This document shows positions 26,576 through 35,100 of a stretch of DNA of 39,441 bases, piece by piece. The DNA is from Methyloligella sp. (GTDB lineage Bacteria > Pseudomonadota > Alphaproteobacteria > Rhizobiales > JALUTE01), in the NCBI GenBank assembly GCA_027058255.1, contig JALUTE010000080.1, positions 1 through 39,441 on the forward strand. The letters are read 5' to 3'. Each line of letters starts with the position of its first letter. Position 1 is the first letter of the stretch. Position numbers and translations under genes: made by a program. The notes below the pieces were generated by a model. The model was not told the DNA's origin. It ran no database searches and worked only from the letters and a program-made list of their open reading frames with translations.

Positions 26576-27145
26576 CTATTGCGCGTTGTCGGACGGTGCG
26601 GGGGGCACGGCCGCGACCCTGCCGCGATAGTCGGCAAGGGCGCCGGGCTCGAGCTCGGCAGCCAGCAGGCGCGCCGGATCGACGGGGCCGGGCAGGGTGA
26701 TCTGGCCCGTCGGCACGGGCGAGAAGCCGGCACGCCCATAATAGGGCGCATCGCCCACCAGCAGCACCAGCCGCGCGCCGCGAGAGCGGGCGCGCTCGAG
26801 CCCGGCGCGCACCAGCATGAGGCCGAGGCCGCGCCCGGCATGCTCTGCGTCTACGGCGAGGGGGCCGAGCAGAAGCGCCCCCGACTTCCCGCCGATGCAG
26901 ATCGCGGTGAACTGGACCGCAGCCAGCAGCGCGGCGCCACGAAAGGCCCCGAGGCAATGTGGTCCCGGCGGTGGCGGGGCCGCCTCACGGATCCGGTAGG
27001 CCGTGCGCGCCAGCCGGCCAGGGCCGAACACGCGGGCGTGCAGCGCCTCGAGCGGGGCCATGTCGGCGGCGGTGAGACCACGGATGGTGATCTCGGCCAC
27101 TTCGTCGTCTTTCACCGGGTTGTCCACGAGCCGATTGCCTGCCAT
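26576..27145 (-). CDS. GNAT family N-acetyltransferase
   Basis: 189 aa with the acetyl-CoA binding segment LGPLAVDAEHAGRGLGLMLVRAGLERARSRG and a YhbS-like C-terminus (GDAPYYGRAGF). Confidence 0.85.
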   Translation of the reverse strand: MAGNRLVDNPVKDDEVAEITIRGLTAADMAPLEALHARVFGPGRLARTAYRIREAAPPPPGPHCLGAFRGAALLAAVQFTAICIGGKSGALLLGPLAVDAEHAGRGLGLMLVRAGLERARSRGARLVLLVGDAPYYGRAGFSPVPTGQITLPGPVDPARLLAAELEPGALADYRGRVAAVPPAPSDNAQ

Positions 27146-27165
27146 GCGATGTCATCCAGCAGCGA

Positions 27166-27627
27166 TTACCAGCGCTCCGATAGCGGCCGGCCGGAGAAAA
27201 TTTCCGCCAGCCGGTTGCGTGCTCCCTGCGCCGTATCCGGGGGAAGGGCGTCGAGGGCGAAGAAGTCCTGCGCGACGATCTCGCCATTGGGCGCAGGAAT
27301 GCGCGGCCGGCGCCACGCGCGCACGATATAGACCGCCACGTGATCGTTGGGATAGCGGTTGAAATTGGCGAAAAGCCCGTGCAGCTCCGGCTCGCCCTCG
27401 ATCACGACGCCGGTCTCCTCCTCGAGCTCGCGCGCGAGCGCGGCGCGCATGGTCTCGCCCCATTCCACGCCGCCGCCCGGGAAATGCCAACCCGGCCGGT
27501 AGCCATGGCGCACCAGCAGGACGCGCGGCCCCTCGTCGATGACGATGCCCTGGGCGCCAAGGGTGTGGCCGCGGGTGAAACGGGCGAGCGGGCGCAACAC
27601 GGCATAGGCAATGCGGTGGGCAAGCAT
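27166..27627 (-). CDS. Nudix hydrolase
   Basis: 153 aa with the Nudix box GGGVEWGETMRAALARELEEETGV. Confidence 0.88.
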   Translation of the reverse strand: MLAHRIAYAVLRPLARFTRGHTLGAQGIVIDEGPRVLLVRHGYRPGWHFPGGGVEWGETMRAALARELEEETGVVIEGEPELHGLFANFNRYPNDHVAVYIVRAWRRPRIPAPNGEIVAQDFFALDALPPDTAQGARNRLAEIFSGRPLSERW

Positions 27628-27691
27628 GGGGCGCCGTCCCTCGGGTCAGTTCGTGCTTCTGCTTTGCCGTCTTCTCGCATAGAACGGGGCC

Positions 27692-28777
27692 ATGTTCACC
27701 CTCGCCCATATGTCCGACGTGCATCTGGCCCCCATAGACCGGCCGCGCTGGCGCGATCTCGCGAGCAAGCGGATTCTCGGCTATCTCAATTGGCGCCGGG
27801 GGCGCAAGGACATTCATCTCGCCGAAACGCTGGCGCGGCTTGTGGCCGACATGGAGGCCCAGCACCCGGACCACATCGCGGTGACGGGCGATCTGGTCAA
27901 TCTGGGCCTGCCGGCGGAGTATGAGAAGGCGCGGCTCTGGCTCCAAAGCCTGGGACATGCGGAGCGGGTGAGCGTGGTGCCGGGCAATCACGATGCCTAT
28001 GTGCGCATGCGGCGCGATCCGGGCATCCGGCGCTGGACCGCGCACATGACCTCGAATGCGCCCGGCGCAGCCGTGCTAGCCGCATCGGGCACGGCGCCTG
28101 TTCCGGCCGGGAGCGGGCATGGGGGCGCGCCCGTGGCCTTTCCCTATCTGCGCCGGTTCGGTTCCATCCTGCTCGTCGGCCTCTCCTCGGCCGTGCCGAC
28201 GGCGCCCTTTCTGGCCTCGGGCCGTCTCGGCCGGGCACAGAGAGAAGCCCTTGCCGACTGCCTCGCCAAGGCGCGCGAGATGGGGCTGTTCCGCATCGTG
28301 CTCATCCACCACCCGCCCCTGCCCGGACAGGCGCGCTGGCGCCGGGGCCTGACCGATGCCGCGGCCTTTGCCGAGGTGCTCGCCCGCGAGGGAGCCGAGC
28401 TCGTCCTGCATGGGCACAATCACCGCCAGAGCCTGCGCTGGGCCGAGGGGCCGCGCGATCCGGCTGCCGGGGGCTCGGGCGAGAGGCGCCGCGTTCCGGT
28501 GGTGGGTGTGCCGTCCGCATCGGTGGGCCATCCCGGGCACGGGCCTCTCGCGCGCTACAATCTCTTTCGGATCGTGCCCGTGGGCGAAGGCCGGGGCGGG
28601 ACCCATTGGCGCATCGAGATGACGGGCCGGGGGCTCGATCCCGCGGCGGGTCATGCGCAGGGCCCCGTGCGGCTCCTGGAGCATCGGCTGATCGCGACGG
28701 TGACGCTCGCACCGCCCGAGGCGCGGGCCGCAGGCGCGGGCCATCGCCCGGACCGCCTGCGCGCGCCGGTGACATGA
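27692..28777 (+). CDS. metallophosphoesterase
   Basis: Calcineurin-like motifs are present: MSDVHL, VTGDLVNLG, PGNHDAY and LHGHNH. Confidence 0.85.
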   Translation: MFTLAHMSDVHLAPIDRPRWRDLASKRILGYLNWRRGRKDIHLAETLARLVADMEAQHPDHIAVTGDLVNLGLPAEYEKARLWLQSLGHAERVSVVPGNHDAYVRMRRDPGIRRWTAHMTSNAPGAAVLAASGTAPVPAGSGHGGAPVAFPYLRRFGSILLVGLSSAVPTAPFLASGRLGRAQREALADCLAKAREMGLFRIVLIHHPPLPGQARWRRGLTDAAAFAEVLAREGAELVLHGHNHRQSLRWAEGPRDPAAGGSGERRRVPVVGVPSASVGHPGHGPLARYNLFRIVPVGEGRGGTHWRIEMTGRGLDPAAGHAQGPVRLLEHRLIATVTLAPPEARAAGAGHRPDRLRAPVT

Positions 28778-28790
28778 AAGGGGCCGCCCC

Positions 28791-30083
28791 GTGACATCGG
28801 ACCCCATCACGGCCTTGCGGCCGGGCAAGCCGGCATCGGCTACGCTCTGGCTGGTCATCGCCACCGGCGGCACCATCATCGCCATCAGCATGGGAATTCG
28901 CCAGAGCTTCGGCCTCTTCCTCTCGCCCATCAGCGCGGATCTTGGCACCGGCCGGGAGGTGTTCTCCTTCACCATCGCCCTTCTCAATCTGCTCTGGGGC
29001 CTGACGGCGCCCATGGCCGGCGCGATTGCCGACCGCTGGGGCCCCGTGTGGATCGTGACTGCGGGCGCGGCCCTTTACGCCTTGGGCCTCGTCCTCATGG
29101 CCATGGGCGGCAGCGAGGCGACGCTGATGACCAGCGGCCTGCTGATCGGGCTGGGCGTCAGCGGCACGGGCTTTACGGCGATTCTGGGCGCCGTGGCCCG
29201 CGCAGCGCCGCCGTCGCGGCGTGCCTCGGCCCTCGCCCTTGCCAGCATGGGAGGCTCCATCGGCCAGTTCGCGGCCCTGCCCTATGCCCATGTTCTGATC
29301 GGGTCCCTGGACTGGGTCTCGGCCCTGATGGTGTTGGCGGTGACGGCTCTGGTGATGGCGCCCCTCGGCTGGGCCATGGCCGCCGGCATGCGCTCTGACG
29401 AAGGCGATGCGACGGCCGCCGTGCACGTCGGCGAGGGCGGCCCGCAGGCGCATGCCCCTGCGGGCGAGCAGCGCATGGGCGAGGCCGTACGCGTGGCCTT
29501 TTCCAGCATGGGCTTTCGTCTGCTCACGGCGGGCTTTTTCGTGTGCGGCTTCCATGTGGCCTTCATCCAGACCCACCTGCCCGCCTATCTGTCGGACCGC
29601 GATTTCGCGCCCTGGGTGGGGGCGGCGGCGCTCACCATCGTGGGCGCTGCCAATGTTCTCGGCACTTGGCTTGCCGGGCGGGTCGGCGAGGTGGTCGAGA
29701 AGCGCCTGGCCCTCACCCTGCTCTATCTGGGCCGGGCCCTGCTGTTCGTCATATTGCTCTACGTGCCCATGGGCCAGACCGGCATCCTGGTGCTGGCCTT
29801 CGGCCTCGGCGTGCTCTGGCTCGGCACGGTGCCCCTCACCAGCGGCCTGGTGGGCACCCTGTTCGGCGCCAAATGGATGTCGATGCTGTTCGGCTTCGTG
29901 TTTCTCTCGCACCAGCTCGGCGCCTTCGCCGGCGTGTGGCTGGGCGGCATTCTCTATGACGCAACGCAGTCCTACGATCTGATGTGGCAGTTCTCCATCG
30001 CCCTGGCCCTGCTTGCGGCCTTGCTGCACTGGCCGATCCGGGAGCGCGCCGCCATGCCCGTGCGGCCGGGCCATGCGCGCTGA
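28791..30083 (+). CDS. MFS transporter
   Basis: 430 aa with a GTG start and about 12 hydrophobic segments. The inter-helix loop motifs are MFS-like. The substrate is unknown. Confidence 0.85.
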   Translation: MTSDPITALRPGKPASATLWLVIATGGTIIAISMGIRQSFGLFLSPISADLGTGREVFSFTIALLNLLWGLTAPMAGAIADRWGPVWIVTAGAALYALGLVLMAMGGSEATLMTSGLLIGLGVSGTGFTAILGAVARAAPPSRRASALALASMGGSIGQFAALPYAHVLIGSLDWVSALMVLAVTALVMAPLGWAMAAGMRSDEGDATAAVHVGEGGPQAHAPAGEQRMGEAVRVAFSSMGFRLLTAGFFVCGFHVAFIQTHLPAYLSDRDFAPWVGAAALTIVGAANVLGTWLAGRVGEVVEKRLALTLLYLGRALLFVILLYVPMGQTGILVLAFGLGVLWLGTVPLTSGLVGTLFGAKWMSMLFGFVFLSHQLGAFAGVWLGGILYDATQSYDLMWQFSIALALLAALLHWPIRERAAMPVRPGHAR

Positions 30084-30250
30084 CCTGCCTTGCGATGCAC
30101 AGCCTGGCGGGGCGAGAGGGGCCTCCCGGCTTTGCAAGTTTTCCCATTGCATATAAAAGCGCAACCACACGCGACGATTCGCGCCGGCGGGCCGGCACGA
30201 CCAGCGCGTCCGGCCACGGCGCATGTCCGAACGATCACGGGGGAGGCACC

Positions 30251-31096
30251 ATGAGCGAGAACGCAAGATCACCCAATGATACCGGAAGCGGGCTGGAGCG
30301 CTTGCGCGAGACGCTGCGCGGCATTCTGGAGACGGACCGTTTCGAGACCATCATCATCGGCCTGATCACGGTCAACGCCATCACCCTCGGCCTCGAGACG
30401 AGCCCCACCGTCATGGCCAGCGCCGGTCGCTTGCTGGGCGCTCTCGACACCGTCATTCTGACCATCTTCGTCCTGGAGATCGCGGCCCGCATGTTCGTGC
30501 ACCGCGGCGCGTTCTGGCGCGATGCCTGGAGCATTTTCGACTTCTCCGTCGTCGCCATCGCCCTCGTGCCCGCAACGGGCAATCTCTCGGTGCTGAGGGC
30601 GCTGCGCATCATTCGCGCGCTGCGCCTCATCTCGACGGTCGAGTCCATGCGCCGGGTGGTGAGCGGGCTTCTCAATGCCATTCCCGGCATGAGCTCCATC
30701 AGCATCCTGCTGCTGCTGATCCTCTATGTCTCGTCGGTGATGGCGACACAGATGTTCGGCGAGCGTTTTCCGGAGCTGTTCGGCTCGGTTGGCGCATCCG
30801 CCTTCTCGCTCTTCACGGTGATGACGCTCGAAGGCTGGCCGGACGTCGCCCGCCAGGTCATGGCGGTCTATCCCTGGGCCTGGACCTTCTTCGTGCCCTA
30901 CATTCTCGTCACGGCCTTCGCGGTGCTCAATCTCTTCATCGGCATCATTGTCGATGCCATGCAGTCCCAGGCGCAGGCGGTGATAGAGAGCGAGCAGGCG
31001 GCAACGGACGAGGTGCTGACCACCCTGCGCGACGAAATCCGCCAGCTTCGCCAGGCCATCGCCGATGGGCCGGCTGGCGGCAAGGGCTCCGGCTGA
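30251..31096 (+). CDS. BacNaV-family voltage-gated cation channel (6TM), filter TLEGWPD
   Basis: Starts at ATG 30251, preceded by GGGAGG, inside ORF 29984..31096. The S4 helix has Arg at every third position (LRALRIIRALRL). The pore region FSLFTVMTLEGWPDVARQVM aligns by eye with NavAb [22 protein letters not shown]. A C-terminal coiled-coil-like tail is present (EVLTTLRDEIRQLRQAI). Confidence 0.88.
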   Translation: MSENARSPNDTGSGLERLRETLRGILETDRFETIIIGLITVNAITLGLETSPTVMASAGRLLGALDTVILTIFVLEIAARMFVHRGAFWRDAWSIFDFSVVAIALVPATGNLSVLRALRIIRALRLISTVESMRRVVSGLLNAIPGMSSISILLLLILYVSSVMATQMFGERFPELFGSVGASAFSLFTVMTLEGWPDVARQVMAVYPWAWTFFVPYILVTAFAVLNLFIGIIVDAMQSQAQAVIESEQAATDEVLTTLRDEIRQLRQAIADGPAGGKGSG

Positions 31097-31182
31097 CGAG
31101 CGCGCGCACTGGCGGCGCGGCGAGGGGCGCGGATCGCCTGCGCCCGAGCGCGCACGCCCCAGCTCGTTGTAGCAGCCCGGCG

Positions 31183-31323
31183 TCAGTGCGCGTGCTGGCC
31201 GGCCGGGCGGTGCGTGCCTGCGAGCGAGGCGTGAAGCCAGTCGCTGAGACGCGCGCCCAGAGATCTTGGCCGGCGACGGTGCCACCGGCCCTCCGGTTGC
31301 CAGGAATAGAGTGGCAGCTCCAT
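31183..31323 (-). CDS. possible 46-aa small protein (very uncertain)
   Basis: ATG 31323 is preceded by a strong SD (GAAGGAGGCGGCATG), giving MELPLYSWQPEGRWHRRRPRSLGARLSDWLHASLAGTHRPAGQHAH. It lies downstream of a minus-strand promoter-like GGTGAC-N17-CTATAT. No family is recognised and it could be non-coding. Confidence 0.25.
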   Translation of the reverse strand: MELPLYSWQPEGRWHRRRPRSLGARLSDWLHASLAGTHRPAGQHAH

Positions 31324-31372
31324 GCCGCCTCCTTCGCGTTCGACCGCGAGCGGATCGAGCGCCATTTGGGGA

Positions 31373-31394
31373 ATATTAGACCTTCGTCTAATAT
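31373..31394. promoter_or_regulatory. perfect 9-4-9 AT-rich palindrome, probable operator
   Basis: ATATTAGAC-CTTC-GTCTAATAT stands out in about 70% GC DNA. It overlaps the plus-strand TTGGGG(31366-71)-N17-TAATAT(31389-94). It also overlaps the minus-strand GGTGAC(31419-14)-N17-CTATAT(31396-91). Confidence 0.5.
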
Positions 31395-31606
31395 AGGACG
31401 ATCGCGACCACGCGTCACCCCTGGAGGCGGGACCGGCGCATTGATGTTGCCGGCCGCCTGACCCAGATCAAGGCACATGCCCATGGCAGAGCTAGCCTGA
31501 GTGCATGATCCAAGGTCTTTCGGTGCGCGGGGCAGTCGAGTGCCGGAGCGGATGCGATTGCGTATCGTGGACCTTAGGCGAGGCAAAGAGATCGAGGAGA
31601 AGAGCG

Positions 31607-32098
31607 ATGATGAGAGGACTTGTGACGGCCCTGGTTCTGGCCCTGACCATGACATGGTTTTCCACGGCGTCCGAGGCGACCTCGCGCGGCGTGCGGGGGG
31701 GCATTCAGATCTATCAGAAGACCGGGGTGTTCGACGAGGTCCGCCAGGACCTGATGGATGCCATCATCAATCGCGGCTTCGTGGTGGATTTCAACGGCCG
31801 TGTCGGCGAGATGCTGAAGCGCACGGCCAAGGACATCCGCAACGCCGAGACGCCCTACAAGAATGCCGAGTTCTTCATTTTCTGCTCGGCCAAGGTGTCT
31901 CATCAGCTCAGCAAGGTGGACCCGCGCAATGTGGGCTTCTGCCCCTACACGGTGTTCGTCTACGAGCTGAAGAAAGAGCCCGGCGTGATCCGCGTGGGCT
32001 ATCGCCAGCCGGCCATTCAGGGCTCGGAGGAGTCGAGAAAGGCGCTGCTCGCCCTCGACAAGCTTCTGGACGGGATCGCCCGTGAAGCCATACAGTGA
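31607..32098 (+). CDS. secreted DUF302-like protein
   Basis: Starts at ATG 31607, preceded by AGGAGA, inside ORF 31505..32098. The signal peptide is MMRGLVTALVLALTMTWFSTASEA. The core FDEVRQDLMDAIINRGFVV...FCPYTVFVYE fits my memory of DUF302. Confidence 0.78.
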   Translation: MMRGLVTALVLALTMTWFSTASEATSRGVRGGIQIYQKTGVFDEVRQDLMDAIINRGFVVDFNGRVGEMLKRTAKDIRNAETPYKNAEFFIFCSAKVSHQLSKVDPRNVGFCPYTVFVYELKKEPGVIRVGYRQPAIQGSEESRKALLALDKLLDGIAREAIQ

Positions 32099-32685
32099 GC
32101 GGTGCGGATCGCGGGTGGGATGCGCGCGGCGCGGGCGGCGCCGGACATGTCGGGCCTGATCGCCCGGGTGCTCTCGCACCGGTGCTGACCCGCGCGCTCG
32201 AGGGGATCCTGCCCGCGATCTCTTTTCCTGGCCCTGTCGAGCGTGCGGCGGCGATCCCGGCCGAGCCCGGCGCCTATCTTCTGGCGATCGCCCTCGGCGA
32301 GCCGATCGACCTATGCCTGGCCAGCCTCGAGCGACGCGCAAAGGCGCCGCTTCGCCTGGCGGCGGGCTGGTACGTCTATGCGGGCAGTGCCCGCGGGCCG
32401 GGCGGCCTTCGCGCGCGCCTCTCGCGGCATTTGCAGCCCTCCGCCTCCGGCCGCCTCCACTGGCACGTGGATCACCTGACCCGCGCCCCCGGCTCCCGCG
32501 TCTGGGCGGCGGCCTTTCCAGAGAGCCGCGAGTGCGCGCTCGTGGCCGCCCTTCTCGGCGGTGCGCGCGAGGCGGGCCCGCACCCCCGCAAGCTGCCGCC
32601 TGCGTTCACCGTTCCGATCCCCGGCTTCGGCAGCACGGATTGCCGGGCCTGTCCGGCCCACCTGTTGCGCTGGACCGGCCCCTGA
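32095..32685 (+). CDS. DUF123 / GIY-YIG-like domain protein
   Basis: Motifs are GAYLLAI...GWYVYAGSA...RLSRH...LHWHVDHL...GFGSTDCRACPAHLL. The GTG start overlaps the DUF302 stop (GTGA, 32095-32098), but the true start could be further downstream. Confidence 0.72.
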   Translation: MSGADRGWDARGAGGAGHVGPDRPGALAPVLTRALEGILPAISFPGPVERAAAIPAEPGAYLLAIALGEPIDLCLASLERRAKAPLRLAAGWYVYAGSARGPGGLRARLSRHLQPSASGRLHWHVDHLTRAPGSRVWAAAFPESRECALVAALLGGAREAGPHPRKLPPAFTVPIPGFGSTDCRACPAHLLRWTGP

Positions 32686-32698
32686 TCGCCCCTGCGCG

Positions 32699-33730
32699 AT
32701 GCGGCTGAGAGACGCCATCCATGCTAATCTCCACGCGAGGCGAATCGCGCGGCGGCGGCGGGGGCGCGGCTTGGACGCAATCGAGCGGCATATCGGGCAT
32801 TTTCTGGAGATGCTGAGCGTGGAGCGCGGGGCGGCCGCGAACACGCTCGATGCCTATTCCCGCGATCTCGGCGATTTTGCCGCCTTCCTGCGCAAGCGTG
32901 GCCTCGTGCTTGACGCGGTGCGCAGCGCCGACATCAGCGCCTACATGACGGCGCTCGCCGCCGGCGATCTCGCGCCGGCGACCCGGGCGCGGCGCCTTTC
33001 GGCCATTCGCCAGTTCTTCCGCTTTCTCATCATCGAGGGGCTGATCGACGAGAACCCAACCGTGGGCCTCGAGGGCCCGCGCCGGCGCCGGCCCCTGCCC
33101 AGGACCCTCACCATTGCCGAGGTCGACCGCCTGCTCGGCGCGGCCGAGCGCCAGGCCAGGGGGGCGGAGGCAGGCCCCGAGCGCCTGCGGGCGCGCCGCC
33201 TCCACTGCCTTCTGGAGATGCTTTATGCCACCGGCATGCGCATCACCGAGCTCGTCACCCTGCCGCGCGCCGCCCTGCGGGGGGATGGACAGGTGCTCAC
33301 CATTCGCGGCAAGGGGGGGCGCGAGCGCATCGTGCCCCTGGGCGAGCCGGCGCGCGCGGCGCTCGCGGCCTATGTGGAGGCGCTCGGCGATGCAAGGGGG
33401 ACGCGGGCCGGCGCGGTGGCGCGCCGCTGGCTCTTTCCCTCGCACGGGCGTGCGGGGCACATCACCCGCCAGCGCGTCGCCCAGGAGCTCAAGGGGCTCG
33501 CCGAGGCGGCGGGTCTCGATCCCGCGCGCGTCTCGCCGCATGTGCTGCGCCATGCCTTCGCCAGCCACCTGCTCGATCGCGGCGCCGACCTGCGCACGGT
33601 GCAGCAGCTTCTCGGCCATGCCGACATCTCCACCACCGAGATCTACACCCATGTGCTCGAGGAGCGCCTGAAGCGCCTCGTCCTCGAACACCATCCGCTG
33701 GCGAAAACGTCGGACGCATCGCGGGGCTGA
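32699..33730 (+). CDS. xerD: site-specific tyrosine recombinase XerD
   Basis: Starts at ATG 32699 inside ORF 32561..33730. The N-terminal SAM-like domain reads FLEMLSVERGAAANTLDAYSRDL. Catalytic residues are ATGMRITEL (R), HVLRHAFASHLL (HxxR) and GHADISTTEIYTHV (Y). Confidence 0.88.
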   Translation: MRLRDAIHANLHARRIARRRRGRGLDAIERHIGHFLEMLSVERGAAANTLDAYSRDLGDFAAFLRKRGLVLDAVRSADISAYMTALAAGDLAPATRARRLSAIRQFFRFLIIEGLIDENPTVGLEGPRRRRPLPRTLTIAEVDRLLGAAERQARGAEAGPERLRARRLHCLLEMLYATGMRITELVTLPRAALRGDGQVLTIRGKGGRERIVPLGEPARAALAAYVEALGDARGTRAGAVARRWLFPSHGRAGHITRQRVAQELKGLAEAAGLDPARVSPHVLRHAFASHLLDRGADLRTVQQLLGHADISTTEIYTHVLEERLKRLVLEHHPLAKTSDASRG

Positions 33731-33861
33731 AAGCGCGGTCCCTCTCTTGACAGCGGCTTCGGCCGAGGCGAATGTCCCCGGCAATTCCCACGAGCACATG
33801 CCGCATTCCGCGCGCCGAGGCCGACGAGCCCCGGCTCAAGGGGTGCGAAAGGCGGGAGCGC

Positions 33862-34824
33862 ATGCGGACCTATCTCGATTTCGAGAAACCTGTGGCGGAG
33901 CTGGAGAGCCAGGTCTCCGAGCTGCGCTCCCTGGCGCTTGCCGAGGATTCCGCCTCCATCGCCGAGGAGATCGAGCGCCTGGAGAAGAAGGCCCGGGAGG
34001 CGCTGGAGGAGACCTATGCCAAGCTCACCCCCTGGCAGAAGACCCAGGTGGCCCGCCATCCCGACCGGCCCCATTGCATGGATTATATCGAGGGCCTGAT
34101 CGAGGAGTTCACGCCGCTTGCGGGCGACCGCTACTTCTCCGAGGACAAGGCGATCGTCGCCGGGCTCGGACGCTTTCGCGGCCGCCCCGTGGTGCTGATC
34201 GGCCACGAGAAGGGCTCGGACACGGAAAGCCGCCTGGAGCACAATTTCGGCATGGCCCGGCCCGAGGGCTACCGCAAGGCGGTGCGGCTCATGGAGATGG
34301 CGGACCGCTTCTCGCTGCCCGTCATCACGCTCATCGACACGGCCGGGGCCTATCCCGGCATCGGGGCGGAGGAGCGCGGCCAGTCGGAGGCCATTGCCCG
34401 CTCCACCGATTGCTGCCTGCGCATCGGCGTGCCGCTCATCGCGGTCGTCATCGGCGAGGGCGGCTCGGGCGGGGCCGTTGCCGTCGCGACCGCCAACCGG
34501 GTTCTGATGCTGGAGCATTCGATCTACACGGTTGCCTCGCCCGAGGCGGCCGCCTCGATCCTCTGGCACGATTCGGCCCGTGCCATCGACGCGGCGACCA
34601 ACATGAAGATCACCGCCCAGGACCTCCTGGAGCTCGGGGTGATCGACACCATCATTCCCGAGCCTCTCGGCGGCGCCCATCGCGATCCCGCGCAAGTCAT
34701 TGCCGATACGGGCGAGGCCATCGACGAGGCGCTCGCCGCATTCGACGGCCTCGCGCCCGAGGAGGTCCGTCGCCAGCGGCACGAGAAGTTCATGGCCATC
34801 GGCCGCCCCGCCGAGGCGGACTAG
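33862..34824 (+). CDS. accA: acetyl-CoA carboxylase carboxyltransferase alpha subunit
   Basis: Starts at ATG 33862 inside ORF 33772..34824. The sequence [18 protein letters not shown]...[16 protein letters not shown]...[22 protein letters not shown] is a classic AccA. Confidence 0.95.
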   Translation: MRTYLDFEKPVAELESQVSELRSLALAEDSASIAEEIERLEKKAREALEETYAKLTPWQKTQVARHPDRPHCMDYIEGLIEEFTPLAGDRYFSEDKAIVAGLGRFRGRPVVLIGHEKGSDTESRLEHNFGMARPEGYRKAVRLMEMADRFSLPVITLIDTAGAYPGIGAEERGQSEAIARSTDCCLRIGVPLIAVVIGEGGSGGAVAVATANRVLMLEHSIYTVASPEAAASILWHDSARAIDAATNMKITAQDLLELGVIDTIIPEPLGGAHRDPAQVIADTGEAIDEALAAFDGLAPEEVRRQRHEKFMAIGRPAEAD

Positions 34825-34849
34825 GCGTGGGCGAGGCGGCACGGGGCGA

Positions 34850-34939
34850 TGACATCACGTGCGCTTGCCTGCCGGCCCGAGGCGCCCGCCCTCAGGGACT
34901 GCGTGCTTCGTGACATCACGGGTGCGTGCGTGCCGGCCC
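34850..34939. repeat. imperfect 29-nt direct repeat pair (61-nt period)
   Basis: TGACATCACGTGCGCTTGCCTGCCGGCCC (34850-78) repeats as TGACATCACGGGTGCGTGCGTGCCGGCCC (34911-39). The first 10 and last 9 nt are identical. The second copy contains the near-palindrome CGTGACATCACG. Confidence 0.6.
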
Positions 34940-35100
34940 ACGAATCGCCGCATTGCCGCCAAGGCCGCGCCCATCTGATCGCTTATGCAACGATGGCTTC
35001 GAGGGACGGCGGCGCCTGCGACAGATGCGTCGCGGCGGCGTTAGCGCTATATTAGGGTTGCGAATCGATGCTGATCGACGCGTCAGGGGCACGAAATCTC

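Noticed and set aside
31505-31606. In-frame 34-codon N-terminal extension of the DUF302 ORF with a Cys-rich stretch (ECRSGCDC).
   Set aside because: It would put extra residues in front of a canonical signal peptide. ATG 31607 has a good SD (AGGAGA), whereas 31505 has none.
32699-33730. The tyrosine recombinase as a possible marker of an integrated mobile element.
   Set aside because: The sequence and length fit housekeeping XerD. It sits in the common xerD-accA arrangement. There are no flanking att-like repeats, tRNA gene, phage genes or compositional shift.
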